Below are positions 59,892-60,720 of a stretch of DNA of 60,720 nt, one piece after another. Made by a program: the position numbers and the translations under genes. The stretch is from a bacterium (GTDB taxonomy: Bacteria > JADJOY01), in assembly GCA_046331705.1 (NCBI GenBank), contig JAXLQJ010000018.1:62001-122720 (forward strand), read 5' to 3'. The notes beneath the pieces were generated by a model, which saw only the letters and a program-made list of their open reading frames with translations, made no database searches and was not told the origin of the DNA. Every line of letters begins with the position of its first letter. Position 1 is the first letter of the stretch.

Positions 59892-59925
59892 GCGATGTGA
59901 ATCGCTGACCCGCGATGTGGATCGC
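59892..59925. repeat. Two tandem palindromes GCGAT-GTGR-ATCGC with 20-bp period
   Basis: GCGATGTGAATCGC at 59892-59905 and GCGATGTGGATCGC at 59912-59925. Confidence 0.6.
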
Positions 59926-60202
59926 GGCGCGAAGCAACGACGCGGGCGCGGACGGACGAGCCCGACGCGACGAGTCCGTCCTCGACTCTCGTGTTCCGCA
60001 GGTGCTCGACGAGGCACCGCCAGCGGAGTGTCGGCGAGACGCGCGCGCCGACTCGGGGGTGGCGGCCACGAAGACCGCGATCCTCGTGGGGCGGGGCTTG
60101 AAAAGCCCCCCGGGACAACGTCAGCTAGGCCCGAGATCGCGCGTTACGCGCTGATTCGAGGCATAGCCGCAGCGGGGTGCGGGTGCGCGCGGGGTTTCGT
60201 CG

Positions 60203-60720
60203 ATGTCCGTGATGGGCTCACATCGCGCGCGTCCCGATTCGCGTGCGGCGTTCGCGCGGCTCGCGCTCGGCGTGGCGCTCGCGTGGGTCGCCGGCACGCT
60301 CGAGGGTTGCGCGACGCCAGTGGGCGTCGAGCTCGTGGATCCAAGCGAGGTGCACCGCACGCTGACGGCGAACGTGCTCACGACCGGCGAGCCCAGTGCC
60401 GCCTCCTCCGAGGTGCTGCTTCGCCTCGACCTCGCGGGGCGCTTCGCCGACGACCCCGAGCACACGCTCATGATCGTGCATGCGGGGCTCGGCGGAAGCG
60501 ACGAGCCCGACCGCCTGTTCGCGCTCTCGGAGCTCTCGTTCCTGTACGCGAGCGAGCATCGCGATCCGCCCTGGTTCCTCGCTGCGGCGCTCTATGCCTA
60601 CGCATTCCTGTTTCCGAGCGACGCGGCGCTCCGACCGGAACCGAGCGATCCGCGCTACCGCCTGGCGCTCGACCTCCACAACCGCGGCCTCGCGGCGGGG
60701 TTGGTCGCCGACTCCGACCG
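60203..60720 (+). CDS. Lipoprotein, partial; N-terminus resembles alpha/beta-hydrolase (esterase/lipase) lipoproteins
   Basis: Open frame to the window end (absent from the ORF track because it has no stop); LEGC lipobox; VHRTLTANVL, LFALSELSF, AAALYAYAFLF, DPRYRLALDLHNRGL. Confidence 0.6.
   Translation, partial: MSVMGSHRARPDSRAAFARLALGVALAWVAGTLEGCATPVGVELVDPSEVHRTLTANVLTTGEPSAASSEVLLRLDLAGRFADDPEHTLMIVHAGLGGSDEPDRLFALSELSFLYASEHRDPPWFLAAALYAYAFLFPSDAALRPEPSDPRYRLALDLHNRGLAAGLVADSD

Noticed and set aside
60050-60136. Hairpin GGGGCTT-GAA-AAGCCCC and CGTCAGCTA resembling the 3' part of a c-di-AMP (ydaO) riboswitch
   Set aside because: The 5' GCYGAATCC and GGGGGAACC elements are absent; there is also no U-tract to call a terminator

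Overview
This is very GC-rich bacterial DNA. The gene content (four Hanks-type Ser/Thr kinases, PilZ, HDOD, a sigma54 activator, a CTERM-like sorting tail, many lipoproteins) suggests a Myxococcota/Binatia-like deltaproteobacterium (inference). About 39 CDS or CDS fragments are supportable. I saw no rRNA, tRNA, CRISPR array or transposase. Main blocks: (i) multidomain Ser/Thr kinases (PilZ-STK-pseudoREC; Zn-ribbon-STK-HDOD); (ii) a glycosyltransferase cluster (9.5-14 kb) whose three plus-strand genes are heavily frameshifted; (iii) a five-gene envelope module at 14.2-22.7 kb, the best candidate for an undescribed trans-envelope signalling/export system: GAF-sigma54 activator, TPR/Ig/CsgG-FlgT-like lipoprotein, FadL-like barrel, Cys-rich lipoprotein, and STK-TM-TPR-CsgG-like kinase; (iv) an STK-metallophosphoesterase-PQQ dehydrogenase-hemerythrin run; (v) large NAD-glutamate dehydrogenase, DAHP synthase, creatininase-family enzyme and REC-HD-GYP; (vi) a C45/Ntn-fold lipoprotein lacking the catalytic Cys, coupled to a putative beta-barrel and a FabH-like enzyme; (vii) a PAS hybrid kinase followed by an nhaA-I-like (Li+-sensing class) riboswitch heading a probable salt-stress operon (CPA2 antiporter, ClC-CBS-TrkA_C, GH15, TPS/TPP fusion). 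All domain calls come from motif recognition by eye, not database searches.
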